DNA of 52,747 nucleotides, taken from Macrostomum lignano (taxonomy: Eukaryota). Shown in pieces: positions 32,554 through 52,747 of this stretch. The stretch is taken from contig NIVC01004261.1 of assembly GCA_002269645.1 (NCBI GenBank), forward strand, positions 1-52,747, in the 5' to 3' direction. The notes under the pieces are model-generated. The model saw only the letters and a list, made by a program, of their open reading frames with translations, was not told the DNA's origin and made no database searches. Within the stretch, counting starts at the first letter, position 1. Every line of letters begins with the position of its first letter. Both the position numbers and the translations under genes were made by a program.

Positions 32554-33282
32554 TTAAACAAACTGATAAGGGAAATTGTTCGTATGATGCGCGAACACAA
32601 ACGCTTGACCGTAGGTAAACGGATTAAATTGATGCTGATGCTGGTAATGATGATGAGGCTGATTCTGCGGATGCTGGAACGGATGATGATGCTGCTGCTG
32701 AGGATGATGAGGATAGCCAAACGGGGCAGAGAACTGCGCATGCTGGGCGTGCCCGAACTCGAACTGATAGAACGGCTGCCAGAACACGTGACCAGCTGTC
32801 GAACTGCAGAAAGCGGCCTGCTGCCGCTGCTGCTGCTGTTGAAAAGTACTTCCAGACCAACAATGCGGATAAAAGTGCATATTGCCGCCCATCAAATTGC
32901 TGGCGGTGGTGGCGGTGGTGCTGCGATGCCCGTAACTGGGCTGATGGCTGGTTCGGCAATTATTTTTATTACTACTATTAGGCTGGCGCGGTTTCGCTGA
33001 GCCAATTGCCTGACTGTCATACTGACGCCGCCGGATCGGATCGGACAGAACTTCAAATGCGCTCACTAGAGCTTTGAAAGCCTCGGACGCGGCGCCAGAA
33101 GCCGACGGATTTTTGTCCGGATGGCATAGCAGCGCTAGTTTACGGTAGGCTCGCTTCACTTCCTGTTCGGTTGCGTCCATGGCAACGCCGAGCACTTCGT
33201 AGTGATTCGCGCAGCGGCTAGCTATTAGAATGCGAGAGACGCAATCCGACTGCTCTTGATTGGCTGAATTCGCGGTTTGCAT
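32554..33282 (-). CDS. Single-exon J-domain (DnaJ/Hsp40) protein with Q/H/F/Y/P-rich tail, 242 aa
   Basis: NHYEVLGV...[18 protein letters not shown]...[23 protein letters not shown] with HPD motif; first ATG at 33282. Confidence 0.9.
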   Translation of the reverse strand: MQTANSANQEQSDCVSRILIASRCANHYEVLGVAMDATEQEVKRAYRKLALLCHPDKNPSASGAASEAFKALVSAFEVLSDPIRRRQYDSQAIGSAKPRQPNSSNKNNCRTSHQPSYGHRSTTATTASNLMGGNMHFYPHCWSGSTFQQQQQRQQAAFCSSTAGHVFWQPFYQFEFGHAQHAQFSAPFGYPHHPQQQHHHPFQHPQNQPHHHYQHQHQFNPFTYGQAFVFAHHTNNFPYQFV

Positions 33283-33367
33283 GGCAACAGGGTGAGACAA
33301 GCATAAATTTTGATAATGAGTGGCTGTGGTTGTTTTGCCTTGTTATTAGTGAGCACAGAGACTGGCT

Positions 33368-33775
33368 GAGTGCGGGTTAGAGGGGTGGGCGGCTTGTCGG
33401 GAGCGTGTGTACAGAAGGGACAGAGGGGGTGGCTGAGTGGGGGGCTAGGGGGTGGGCGGCTTGTCGGGAGCGTGTGTACAGAAGGGACAGAGGGGGTGGC
33501 TGAGTGGGGGGCTAGGGGTGGGCGGCTTGTCGGGAGCGTGTGTACAGAGGGGGTGGCTGAGTGGGGGGCTAGGGGGTGGGCGGCTTATCGGGAGCGTGTG
33601 TACAGAGGAGTGGCTGAGTGGGGGGTTAGGGGGTGGGCGGCTTATCGGGAGCGTGTGTACAGAGGGGGTAGCTGAGTGGGGGATAGGGGGTGGGCGGCTT
33701 GTAGGGAGCGTGTGTACAGAGGGGGTAGCTGAGTGGGGGGGCTAGGGGGTGGCGGCTTGTCGGGAGCGTGTCTGG
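33368..33775. repeat. G-rich ~60-70-bp minisatellite upstream of the DnaJ gene
   Basis: About 6 units of GGGGGTGGCTGAGTGGGGGGCTAGGGGGTGGGCGGCTTGTCGGGAGCGTGTGTACAGA. Confidence 0.9.
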
Positions 33776-34842
33776 AGATGGCAGAGTGGAGGGCTAGACG
33801 GAGCTGTGTGACTGAGGCGTGTAGAAGCTGTGTATAGCCGCTTATCTGAAGCCAATGAAGTTAAATATACAAGAGATTATCAAATTATTCAATCATGTAG
33901 ACTTTTATATATTTTAACTGACAAGACCGACTGTCAAATGAAGCAAAGCACAAATAGGAAAAACTCGGGCATTAGTTCAATCCAACGCAACCTCATTTCA
34001 ACCAGGAAAATAGGACAAAATTTGGACACACGTGGATTAAATTGAGGCCCTTTCTTGTGCTGAAAAGTCGAACAAATTTCAAAATTAACAAATTTTGCCC
34101 AACACCTCTGTGCGCATGCCGTTACAAAGGTGAACAAAGAGAGAAAACAAATGTGAGGCGAGAGGAGCTGAGTGTACATATTTCATACTACTATACACGA
34201 CATAAGTAGCAAGTAAAGTATTGAAACTTGGACTGACTGCAAATCAAAACTTAGGGACGCAAAAATTAATTAATCAAGTAGAGAAGAGCAGAAAAAGCAG
34301 AAAGCAAGGGTTGATAATTTCAGCAACAAATGAAAGGAAGAAAGACAAGGCAGACTCGAGATTTTAAAACGCACAGTGTCAAAGGAAAAAACTGAAGAGG
34401 ATTAATAGCGATATATAGGATAATCATTTAGCCAAGTCGAGAAGGAATGCCATCTACGAACAGCTATTAGATTTCAACTACAGGGCACAAATAGTGAAAT
34501 TGAGGTTTTACGATATGATTGTCCTGTACAAAAATAGAAAATTAATAATTTGAAGAGCGGAGATAAGCTGATAATGATTTTATAACAGAGCACGCGCCTG
34601 ATAAGCAGGCACTTCGGGTAGGCAAAGTTAAATTTAATGGAATCAAGCGAAAAAAGTGGTGTTAAATATTTTAGTAAAGGTAACAACTTGTAGCAAATGG
34701 ACTTTTAGACTTTAGTCTACTTGCGTGACGCTGAAATGCTAAAAATATTTGAAAAAGCAAAAAAGAAATCATTTGAGTTGCTTAGAACAGATAGCAGATT
34801 GCAGTGCGGTATTTTCATATCGTATAATGCGCTCTGGGACGG

Positions 34843-35038
34843 TGGGTGAAATGGGTGATGGGTGGAATGGGGTGGCGGATTAAATGGGGTGGTGGGTGGA
34901 ACGGGGTGGTGGGTGAAATGGGGTGGTGGGTGGAATGGGGTGGTGGGTGAAATGGGGTGGTGGGTGAAATGGGGTGGTGGGTGAAATGGGGTGGTGGGTG
35001 GAATGGGGTGATGGATGAAATGGGGTGGTGGGTAAAAT
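34843..35038. repeat. 17-bp G-rich minisatellite (GGGGTGGTGGGTGAAAT)
   Basis: About 11 units; same family as 35985-36420. Confidence 0.9.
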
Positions 35039-35530
35039 GACCGTCACATATCGAAACCAAATCTCGCAGGCCTACTTTTACGGTGTGACCAGCAAATTAT
35101 GAAAAATTAAATATGTCATAATTTGAATTGCAAATTGAATTACGGTATTTTTTCAAATACGCTCGTATAAGTTTATCAGATTGGCATCAAGCAACAGTCA
35201 GATGGTAAAATAAGGAGAGCAAATAGAAACCAAATAGGTGAATTAAGGTCTCGTGTAGCAGACATTTTCACAGTTCAGCGTGTACGCGAGGACATATTTG
35301 AATGAATGAATGAAGGCAGGGGACTGAAGGCTGGACACCGCGGCAAGACAAAGAGTGAGAGCGGAAATGGAAGGCAAAACAGTTGAACCAGCATAGTTAA
35401 ATAATGGCAAGCCAGGTGAGGTGGCATTGCCGTTAGCACAAAACATGGCCAATAAACAAAATTACTTTTAGTTTTAAGATGCTCAGCTGGGGGAAATTCA
35501 GGGATAGTGGCTTCAAATGGGATTTCTTCG

Positions 35531-44135
<8,605 letters not shown>

Positions 44136-44325
44136 AGTCCAGCTTGTATAATATCGGTACGGGTGCACCTGCAGCCTCTCTGATTGGTACAGAGCTTATC
44201 AGCGCTGTGCTGTGTGATTCACTGGTTTTTCCTTTTCACGCGTAAGCCAGAAATCGTTTGTCAAGTCATGAAGTTGAAATGGATTTCATTTATCAGTAAT
44301 TTGAAAAGTCGATTAATCCAGATTA

Positions 44326-44765
44326 GAAACGCATTGATCTATATGAAAAACGCATTGATCTATATGAAAAATGCATTGATCTATATGAGAAATCGATTAT
44401 TTTAAATTAGAAATTGATTAGCTTTTTTGAGAAACTTATTAATATATAAGATATATGTAATGTATTAATCTTTATGAGAAATTAATTAAGCTATATAATA
44501 TATTGATTAATCTATATGAGAAATTAGTTAATCTATATGAGAAATTAGTTAATCTATATGAGAAATTAGTTAATCTATATGAGAAATCATGAGAAATTGG
44601 CTAAATTATATGAGAAATTGATTAATCTATGAGAAATTTGTTCATCTATATGAGAAATTGGTTAATCTGTATGAGAAATTGGGTAATCTATATGAGAAAT
44701 TGGGTAATCTGTATGAGAAATTGGGTAATCTATATGAGAAATTATGATAAATAGATTAATCTATA
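44326..44765. repeat. 21-bp AT-rich minisatellite upstream of XPOT
   Basis: ATGAGAAATTGGTTAATCTAT tandem units, degenerate at the left. Confidence 0.85.
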
Positions 44766-45331
44766 TAGGAAACCGATTATTTATGAGACATTGCATATCT
44801 ATGTATTGATAATAAATAACATAAAAACATACACGTAATATAATCGCATTAACTGACGCAATATATTTCAATTCAATTCTTACAGACTATTTCGCGCACC
44901 CAGAAGTAACAATAATGCCCGCAAGTGCCTATGACGAGCACAAGGCTGATATGACCTGCCGGGGACATCGGGTTGCACATAGGACAATACAATACATAGC
45001 TTTCATTTCTTCCCCAGCTTCAACAAAATTAATAACAAAAACAAGTACTTTTAAAATTTATTGCAAGCATCGTAAAGCAGGAGAACAGAACAAAATAAGA
45101 GACAAACGCAACAGAAAAGAAACACTAAAAAGGACAAAAAATTGTGAAAGAACTAAACTTGTTTAGTAGAACAAAATAATTATAAGACGGAAAGTAATTC
45201 AATATTATAAACTTAGTAAAAATGACAATGTGACAGTCGATCTTGAGCCACAGAAAATTAATTCAATTCAATTCACACAATCCACACCCCAATTAACACC
45301 AAACTCTAAGGCCCAAATTGTACACGCCAAA

Positions 45332-45770
45332 GGGCTGTTGTACACCCCGTGGGAGCGTGTGTATTGAGTGCTTTCCAGCATACTAGTATCCGCCGGGCTG
45401 TTGTACACCCCGTGGGAGCGTGTGTATTGAGTGCCTTCCAGCATACTAGTATCCGCCGGGCTGTTGTACACCCGTGGGAGCGTGTGTATTGAGTGCTTTC
45501 CAGCATACTAGTATCCGCCGGGCTGTTGTACACCCCGTGGGAGCGTGTATATTGAGTGCCTTCCAGCATACTAGTATCCGCCGGGCTGTTGTACACCCCG
45601 TGGGAGCGTGTGTATTGAGTGCCTTCCAGCATACTAGTATCCGCCGGGCTGTTGTACACCCCGTGGGAGCGTGTGTATTGAGTGCTTTCCAGCATACTAG
45701 TATCCGCCGGGCTGTTGTACACCCCGTGGGAGCGTGTGTACTGAGTGCTTTCCAGCATACTAGTATCCAC
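45332..45770. repeat. 63-bp minisatellite x7
   Basis: GGGCTGTTGTACACCCCGTGGGAGCGTGTGTATTGAGTGCTTTCCAGCATACTAGTATCCGCC; no unique spacers. Confidence 0.95.
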
Positions 45771-46587
45771 CGAAGGCGTTGCGCCAATATCGGAATCGGT
45801 AAAGGAAATGAGTAAACTAAAATAAAATTGCCATTAACAGAAATATTGAATAGTAAAAAACTAATATATGACTTACGCGTACATATATAGTATAAACTTA
45901 AAAGTGGAAATAAAAGAGAGACATATACAAAAGAAGCAATTCAAGCTAATCAATGATATTCCACGAAGATCATAATTGCGCTCATTAACAAACGATGATA
46001 CCGGAGGAAAATAAAAAAATTAAACAATGCAAATTGTGACAATACAACAATATCGAGCAGTTTAAATCATTTTGGTGTATCCGTGCCTGTTAATTAAACA
46101 TACTACTATACACGCATATAGAGCTACTCATTATGCAAATATACGAGCAGGCAATAAAAAAGAACTTAAAAACGCACGATGCACTACTATTCATTAATTT
46201 TACCACTAAAAGTAGCACGGATAGAATTTTATTTTTAAAAAGTACTTTGTGCGCCTTAATAAAATTAACCAATATTGTCTCCGAGACCAATTTAAAAAAA
46301 ACACGCGTGACTAGAACAAAAGATTTATGCGCAAAAGAAAGCTAATAAATTTTGCGGAAGAATATCAAATTTAAAGCGGCGATTAACTTGTATTATAGTA
46401 AAATAAATAATACAACGCAGTCGAATGATGCTACTAACTAAAGAGTTTCTCAGTAGACGCACAGAAAAATCGATAATTTTTTAATGCTCTTCAAAAATGG
46501 GTCAATATTTTGGGTGAACTTGTGCGTATAAGTTAAATACGATTTCGCACACATTAAAATTGTCATTTTGATTAGAAACAAACACGC

Positions 46588-49500
46588 TTAACTAATTACA
46601 AAGCTGGTATTGCCCAAAATTTCCTCATCCTCAGACTGGCAGTCGTCGCAGATGCCGCGTATGTCAGCGCCGTCGGTTCCAACGTGGCCGCATCGTTCCG
46701 GCATCATCAGTTTGAGCAGGGGACGATTGCCGCTGCCAGTGCCCCGCTTGCCGAACGCTCCTGTGTAGGGATACTGAGGGAATTTGAGATGGGGCGGGAT
46801 GCAGCTGCGAGTATTCATGTAGCTATTCTCGATGACTTGGGGATAGATATTAAACTGGGAGGATCTGTGGGGCTGTCCCAGCAACTGAAGATCTGGGAGG
46901 CTGGCCCAGCAACTGAGGATCTGGGAGGCTGGCCCAGCAACTGAGGATCTGGGAGGCTGGCCCAGCAACTGAAGATCTGGGAGGCTGGCCCAGCAACTGA
47001 GGATCTGGGAGGCTGTCCCAGCAACTGAAGATCTGGGAGGCTGGCCCAGCAACTGAGGATCTGGGAGGCTGGCCCAGCAACTGAGGATCTGGGAGGCTGG
47101 CCCAGCAGCTGAGGATCTGGGAGGCTGGCCCAGCAGCTGAGGATCTGGGAGGCTGGCCCGGCAACTGAGGATCTGGGAGGCTGGCCCAGCAGCTGAGGAT
47201 CTGGGAGGCTGGCCCAGCAACTGAGGATCTGTGGGGCTGTCCCAGCAACTGAAGATCTGGGAGGCTGGCCCAGCTACTGATCTGGGAGGCTGGCCCAGCA
47301 ACTAAGGATCTGGGAGGCTGGCTCAGCAACTGAGGATCTGGGAGGCTGGCGGTGGTGGCCCAGAGCTGCGAAGATGGTAACAGTTGAAATGCAAGAGCAA
47401 TAAGATGCATGATGCACTAATAGCATATTGTGCAGAACATCTACATGCATACAACACAGAAATATATAAATGCAGTCACGCTAGTACTTTCACACTACTA
47501 TATGCATAAATATGAAAGTATATAGTGCATCTAAATGCATGCATTAGTTACAGGGGGCAAATAGGAACTATCTGCTAAAAGCTTTAGTTTAAAAAACCTT
47601 AATTCCAAAGAGTAGTGCCATACACAACATGGAGATAAAAACAAGACCAAATACAGAAATACATTCAAGAATGTACCTGTGATATTGTGAAGCAGAAAAA
47701 CTTGGTAGTTTAAAAAATCAGTCCAAAGTTTAGAAAGGTATATAAATACGAGCTATTCAATTATAGCAAGAAAAACCGGTAATAGACTGCTTCGTTTTAA
47801 CTCCGACTTGGAGTACAGGAGGTCCTTTGAACCTGCGCGTGACAAGCAAATGTAAGATAGACAATAAATCATGGCTTACATATGGCATTGGCGTTATGGG
47901 AAATTGCGAACGACGGAAGTATTATCATATTGATAATTCAAAATCTAGGAATTAGGAGAGAATTTTTTGCATAGTGGATTCTACTAGTGGCTTAGGAGAG
48001 ATTCTATTGGCGATTTAGGGGAGATTCTATCAGCGATTTAGGGGATTCTGTTGGCGATTTAGAGGAGGTTCTATCAGCGATTTAGGGGATTCTGTTGGCG
48101 ATTTAGGGGAGATTCTGTTGGCGGTTTAGGGGAGATTTTATTGGCGGTTTAGGGGAGATTTTATTGGCGGTTTAGGGGAGATTTTATTGGCGATTGAGGG
48201 GAGATTCTATTGGCGGTTTAGGGGAGATCCTATTGGCGATTTAGGGGAGATTCTATTGGCGGTTTAGGGGAGATTCTATTGGCGATTTAGGGGATATCCT
48301 ATTGGCGATTTAGGGGAGATTCTATTGGCGGTTTAGGGGAGATTCTACGGGAGAAGATACACGCAGTATACACGCGGACAAGCCGTAGGTAAAACAATCA
48401 GGCTCAACTCACATTCAAAGAATTATTGCTTCTCTTTAACTCAGAGAACGAGTCGCGCTGTGACTTTCGACACACGGTTCTAACAAAGATGCCAAATACT
48501 TGCAATAGATTTTTGCCGATACAGAAGTCGCACAATACGCAGGCTAGCACTAGAAGCCAGCTAGTAATTAACAATATAGCGTTCAGCGCTTGCAACAATC
48601 TAATTGGCCAATTACGCGAATTGCTTTGATGGTCGCCGTCGCCGCTAGTAGGCTGAGATTGCGACACCCAGGACAGCACCAGTAGCAATAGGCCTAGGCA
48701 GAGCAGGCCAAGGTTTAATAGAGAGTACAGGCGATACAGGTGCAACTGCGGGCAGGTATGAAACAATAAGCGAAGGATACTACTAAGAGTAGCAATCGTT
48801 GAAAACGTTAGTAATAGCATTTTAAAATTAAAAATGGTTACTTACCAAGCGCTGCAACGATGTCTTTGAATACCAAAGAGCGAAAATACTGGAGATTATC
48901 ATCTGCAATTTCAAGCAATTATTCAAATTAATCAATATTACAATATAATAGAAAATTCTGGAAACGGAAAAAATTGACAGGCAACATTACTAACGTTTAT
49001 AGCTTTACACTATACTGCAGCAGACAATTCAGTATTTTTTTTATTTTATACAGACAACCTACACCGACACACTTGAAATCTACATCGGCACATCTCAAAC
49101 CTACACCGACACATCTCAAACCTACACCGACACACTTGAAATCTACATCGGCACATCTCAAACCTACACCGACATATCTCGAACCTACACCGACACATCT
49201 CAAATCTACACTGACACATCTCAAATCTACACTGACACATCTCAAACCTACACCGACACATCTCAAACCTACAGACACATCTCAAACCTACAGACACATC
49301 TCAAACCTACACCGACACATCCCAAGCTTACACTGACACATCTCAAACCTAAACCGACACATCTCGAACCTACACCGACACACTTGAAATCTACATCGGC
49401 ACATCTCAAACCTACAGACACATCCCAAGCTTACACTGACACATCTCAAACCTACACCGACACATCTCGAACCTACACCGACACACTTGAAATCTACATC

Positions 49501-50714
49501 GGCACATCTCAAACCTACAGACACATCTCAAACCTACACTGACACATCTCAAACCTACAGACACATCTCAAACCTACACTGACACATCTCAAACCTACAC
49601 TGACACATCTCAAACCTACAGACACATCTCAAACCTACACTGACACATCTCAAACCTACACTGACACATCTCAAACCTACACTGACACATCTCAAACCTA
49701 CACTGACACATCTCAAACCTACACTGACACATCTCAAACCTACAGACACATCTCAAACCTACACTGACACATCTCAAACCTACACTGACACATCTCAAAC
49801 CTACACTGACACATCTCAAACCTACAGACACATCTCAAACCTACACCGACACATCTCAAACCTACACTGACACATCTCAAACCTACACTGACACATCTCA
49901 AACCTACACTGACACATCTCAAACCTACACTGACACATCTCAAACCTACACTGACACATCTCAAACCTACAGACACATCTCAAACCTACAGACACATCTC
50001 AAACCTACACTGACACATCTCAAACCTACAGACACATCTCAAACCTACAGACACATTTCAAACCTACACCGACACTGTCACGGACATACCTACAATCCAC
50101 AGGTAGGATACCCACAAGCCTACAAAAGCCAGCACTTCCCGCGCCAACGACTCACCGATATTGAGCACCAGAGAGGAAAGCCAAACCCCGCAGTGACATC
50201 AAACGGTTGAGCCTGTTCAGTCTCTTTAAACATCGAGCTGGTGCTAAACGCGGTGGAAGAAGCGTTATTACGATCGCTAGCCCTATTAGCGCAAGATCTA
50301 TATAGGGCATCCGATAGGCCAATCACGCAGCCAACTAAGCCCAGCACTAGCTGAGCCCAGCCCAGCAGCAATGGTACGCGCGAATTAGTTCTAGCGCTAA
50401 CCACCTCTAATAGACTGTCGGCGTCTCCGTCTCGACCGCTTCTATTACTACTTCTGGCGTTAATAGTAGTAGCATTAGCATTACTAGCATTATTACTAAT
50501 CGGGGGTAGCAGTATTATCTAATTGAACTGACGGCCTGACAGCGGTTGTAGGCGCAGACGAAAACGCTGCATTACTATTGCTATGATTACTATTAGTAAT
50601 ATTATTATTAGCTATCCGATTTGAGGCAACCGCAGGAATGGCAACAATGGAATCGTCAGAAACAATTTCAGGTTCGCTCCGTGTGTGATAGCCGGCGACT
50701 TGACTAGGCATCAT
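46588..50714 (-). CDS. Multi-pass membrane protein (about 5 TM helices; CD20/MS4A-like N-terminal TM pattern)
   Basis: Putative exons 50714-50156 (needs one base removed from a C5 run at ~50504), 48902-48846, 48820-48413, 46854-46588. Hydrophobic segments LLLGWAQLVLGLVGCVIG, GFGFPLWCSISMIISSIFALW, MLLLTFSTIATLSSILRLLF, LLNLGLLCLGLLLLVLSW, ALNAILLITSWLLVLACVL. The exon 2/3 junction is irregular and the family call is tentative. Confidence 0.6.
46855..47350. repeat. 28-bp minisatellite, same family as 9858-10495
   Basis: About 17 units of ACTGAGGATCTGGGAGGCTGGCCCAGCA. Confidence 0.95.
47985..48348. repeat. 23-bp minisatellite (GGGGAGATTCTATTGGCGGTTTA)
   Basis: About 15 units; related to 40000-40290. 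Confidence 0.92.
49055..50075. repeat. 21/19-bp minisatellite (ACACATCTCAAACCTACAC(T/C)G)
   Basis: About 48 units with 19-bp deletion variants. Confidence 0.95.
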
Positions 50715-50954
50715 TTCTCAACTGAGCAATGGATGATGGATTGCTGGGTGGAAGCTGACAGGCCACTATGCATTCATTGCCAACAATGGCTGATGTTATC
50801 AATCAAATACGAAGACGAAGTGGCATGCAAGACCAAGAGTTAAAATACGGTTATTTTTTATTTTAAACGTAAAACTAACAAAATAACTACATGTGTAAAT
50901 ACACAGTCCAACATAGAGACATCCAAATCCTATATAGAATTCAGTTTCAGCTAA

Positions 50955-51700
50955 GATTCTCAATCACAGGTAAGAGATTACCAATCACAGGTAAGAGATT
51001 CTCAATCACAGGTAAAAGATTTCCAATCACAGGCAAGAGATTTCCAATCACAGGTAAGAGATTACCAATCACAGGTAAGAGATTACCAATCACAGGTAAG
51101 AGATTCTCAATCACAGGTGAGAGATTCCCAATCAGAAGTAGGAGATTCCCAATCAAGGTAAGAGATTCCCAATCACAGGTGAGAGATTTACAATCACAGG
51201 TGAGAGATTCCTAATCACAGGTAAGATATTACCAATGACAGGTAAGAGGTAAGAAAACCAAATCTCAGGTGGGAGAACCCAATCTCAGGTGTGAGAACCC
51301 CAATCTCAGGTGAGAGAACCCAATCCCAGGTGAGAGAACCCCAATCCAGGTGAGAGAACCCCAATCCTAGGTGAGAGAACCCCAATCCCAGGTGAGAGAA
51401 CCCCAATCTCAGGTGAGAGAACCTCAATCTCAGGCGAGAGAACCCCAATCTGAGGTAGAGAACCCCAATCCCAGGTGAGAGAAACCCCAATCCCAGGTGA
51501 GAGAACCCCAATCCAGGTGTGAGAACCCCAATCCAGGTGTGAGAACCCCAATCCCAGGTGTGAGAACCCCAATCCCAGGTGTGAGAACCCCAATCCCAGG
51601 TGTGAGAACCCCAATCCCAGAGTGTGAGAACCCCAATCCCAGATGTGAGAACCCCAATTTCAGGTGAGAGAACCCCAATCCCAGGTGAGAGAACCTAGAT
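50955..51700. repeat. Two adjacent related ~21-bp minisatellites (GAGATTCCCAATCACAGGTAA, then GTGAGAGAACCCCAATCCCAG)
   Basis: Direct inspection; switch near 51245. Confidence 0.92.
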
Positions 51701-52461
51701 AACAATGTTTCGTAAAAGCCTATTGTACCAAATCATAAAATAATTCGAAAAGACAACGAAGTCAGAAAATGACACCATACAGAGCATAAAGTTTATTTTA
51801 TAGAGCCATTGATTGTCATCTGCCTACTAAAAAATGACTTGAATAATAAAAAGGCCTACAAATATTCGTAAATTGTTAAATGAAAAAGCACCATTAATCA
51901 GTGATCATAAACAGACTAAATATTCTAATATTCAGATTTCAAGTCACAGAGCGAATGCACAAAACGAATGCACTGTAGCGATAGATACTACTAGATACTA
52001 CTTATTAACTTATGCTACTTATCAACTAGAAGACTACAAAAATACGGTATATATAAACAAGCACTAAATTAATACAAAATTGTAAAGTTAATCACAGAGG
52101 CGACAAATCAATTCGGCAAGTATTATTTCACACAAAAACATTGCCACTCTACAATGAATTGTAAAAAGTGCAGTTATTTTGTAACTCTGGAATAGAACAG
52201 ACAGACAGTCATAGAGCAACGTCAGCCACCAATTAGGAAAAAAATGTCAAAATATCTTAAAAAGATTGTCGCTCAACAGAGTTAACTGATTTTAATGCAC
52301 TTTTATAATAAATGATTAGGCGGACGCACTGATAATCCACTGGTCTACGATAATTGACAGCCACAAATTGCCAAACTTTCCAAATCAGACCCTCACCATA
52401 TACCTCTAACCTAAACTCTAACCCTAGACGAAAAACCTAACGCTAACAAAATTAATTTAAT

Positions 52462-52747
52462 AATAATTGATTACACCTGCCCCAATTGGGAGATGTGCAA
52501 CCGACAGCTCAGCCGCAGCTATTGCGCGGCGCATCTGAAGGCTGCGTACGGCTGTTCAGTCCAGGGACTGGGGGGTCGTCACACACCCTCAATTACCCCA
52601 GCTAATGCTGCGCACCCATTTTACAGCTGGGTGAACTGAAGCAATGCAGATTTAAGCGTCTTGGTCAAGGACACAAATTGTTCCGAGTGGACCGAGAATC
52701 GAACACCCCACCCCACCTTCAGGCCGTGAGTCCGAGACTTTCACCAC
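52462..52747 (-). mobile_element. CORE-type (MIR-like) tRNA-derived SINE, 5' end cut by window edge
   Basis: Minus strand: B-box GTTCGATTCTC, then TGTGTCCTTGACCAAGACGCTTAAATCTGCATTGCTTCAGTTCACCCAGCTGTAAAATGGG (52615-52676), which aligns by eye to the MIR CORE consensus TGTGTGACCTTGGGCAAGTCACTTAACCTCTCTGTGCCTCAGTTTCCTCATCTGTAAAATGGG. Confidence 0.7.

Noticed and set aside
32530-33000. 156-aa Met/Leu/Arg-rich plus-strand ORF
   Set aside because: Antisense shadow of the His/Gln-rich DnaJ tail (CAT/CAG codons read as ATG/CTG).
45306-45815. 63-bp repeat with internal palindrome as a CRISPR array or repeat protein
   Set aside because: Units are contiguous with no unique spacers, no cas genes are present and the context is eukaryotic; ORFs in several frames simply reflect a period divisible by 3.
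52395-52450. CTAACC/TAACCCT telomere-like motifs
   Set aside because: Only a few degenerate units; not an interstitial telomeric array.

Overview
Eukaryotic (animal) genomic DNA with GC-rich exons and introns filled by many different minisatellites. This style suggests a free-living flatworm such as Macrostomum, but that is inference only. Four host genes can be assembled, all on the minus strand: an OTUD5/DUBA-type deubiquitinase (5 exons), a single-exon J-domain protein, Exportin-T (11 exons) and a multi-pass membrane protein (about 4 exons). The centrepiece is a full-length 15,297-bp Polinton/Maverick (adintovirus-like endogenous dsDNA virus) at 14422-29718. It has AGTAG...CTACT termini and a perfect 6-bp TSD (TCCTTG), and lies 387 bp upstream of the first OTUD5 ATG. 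It encodes integrase, protein-primed PolB, adenain-type protease, packaging ATPase, major and minor capsid proteins, a parvovirus-type PLA2, pX-like and pVI-like small proteins, and a diverged pair of 78-aa ORFs inside the two TIRs. Its about 15 frameshifts are almost all single-base deletions with no nonsense codons, and one host exon shows the same lesion, so the real element may be intact. Small TE relics are also present (mariner, hAT-like MITEs, a CORE-type SINE, a tRNA-type SINE). All family calls come from motif recognition by eye; no database searches were run.
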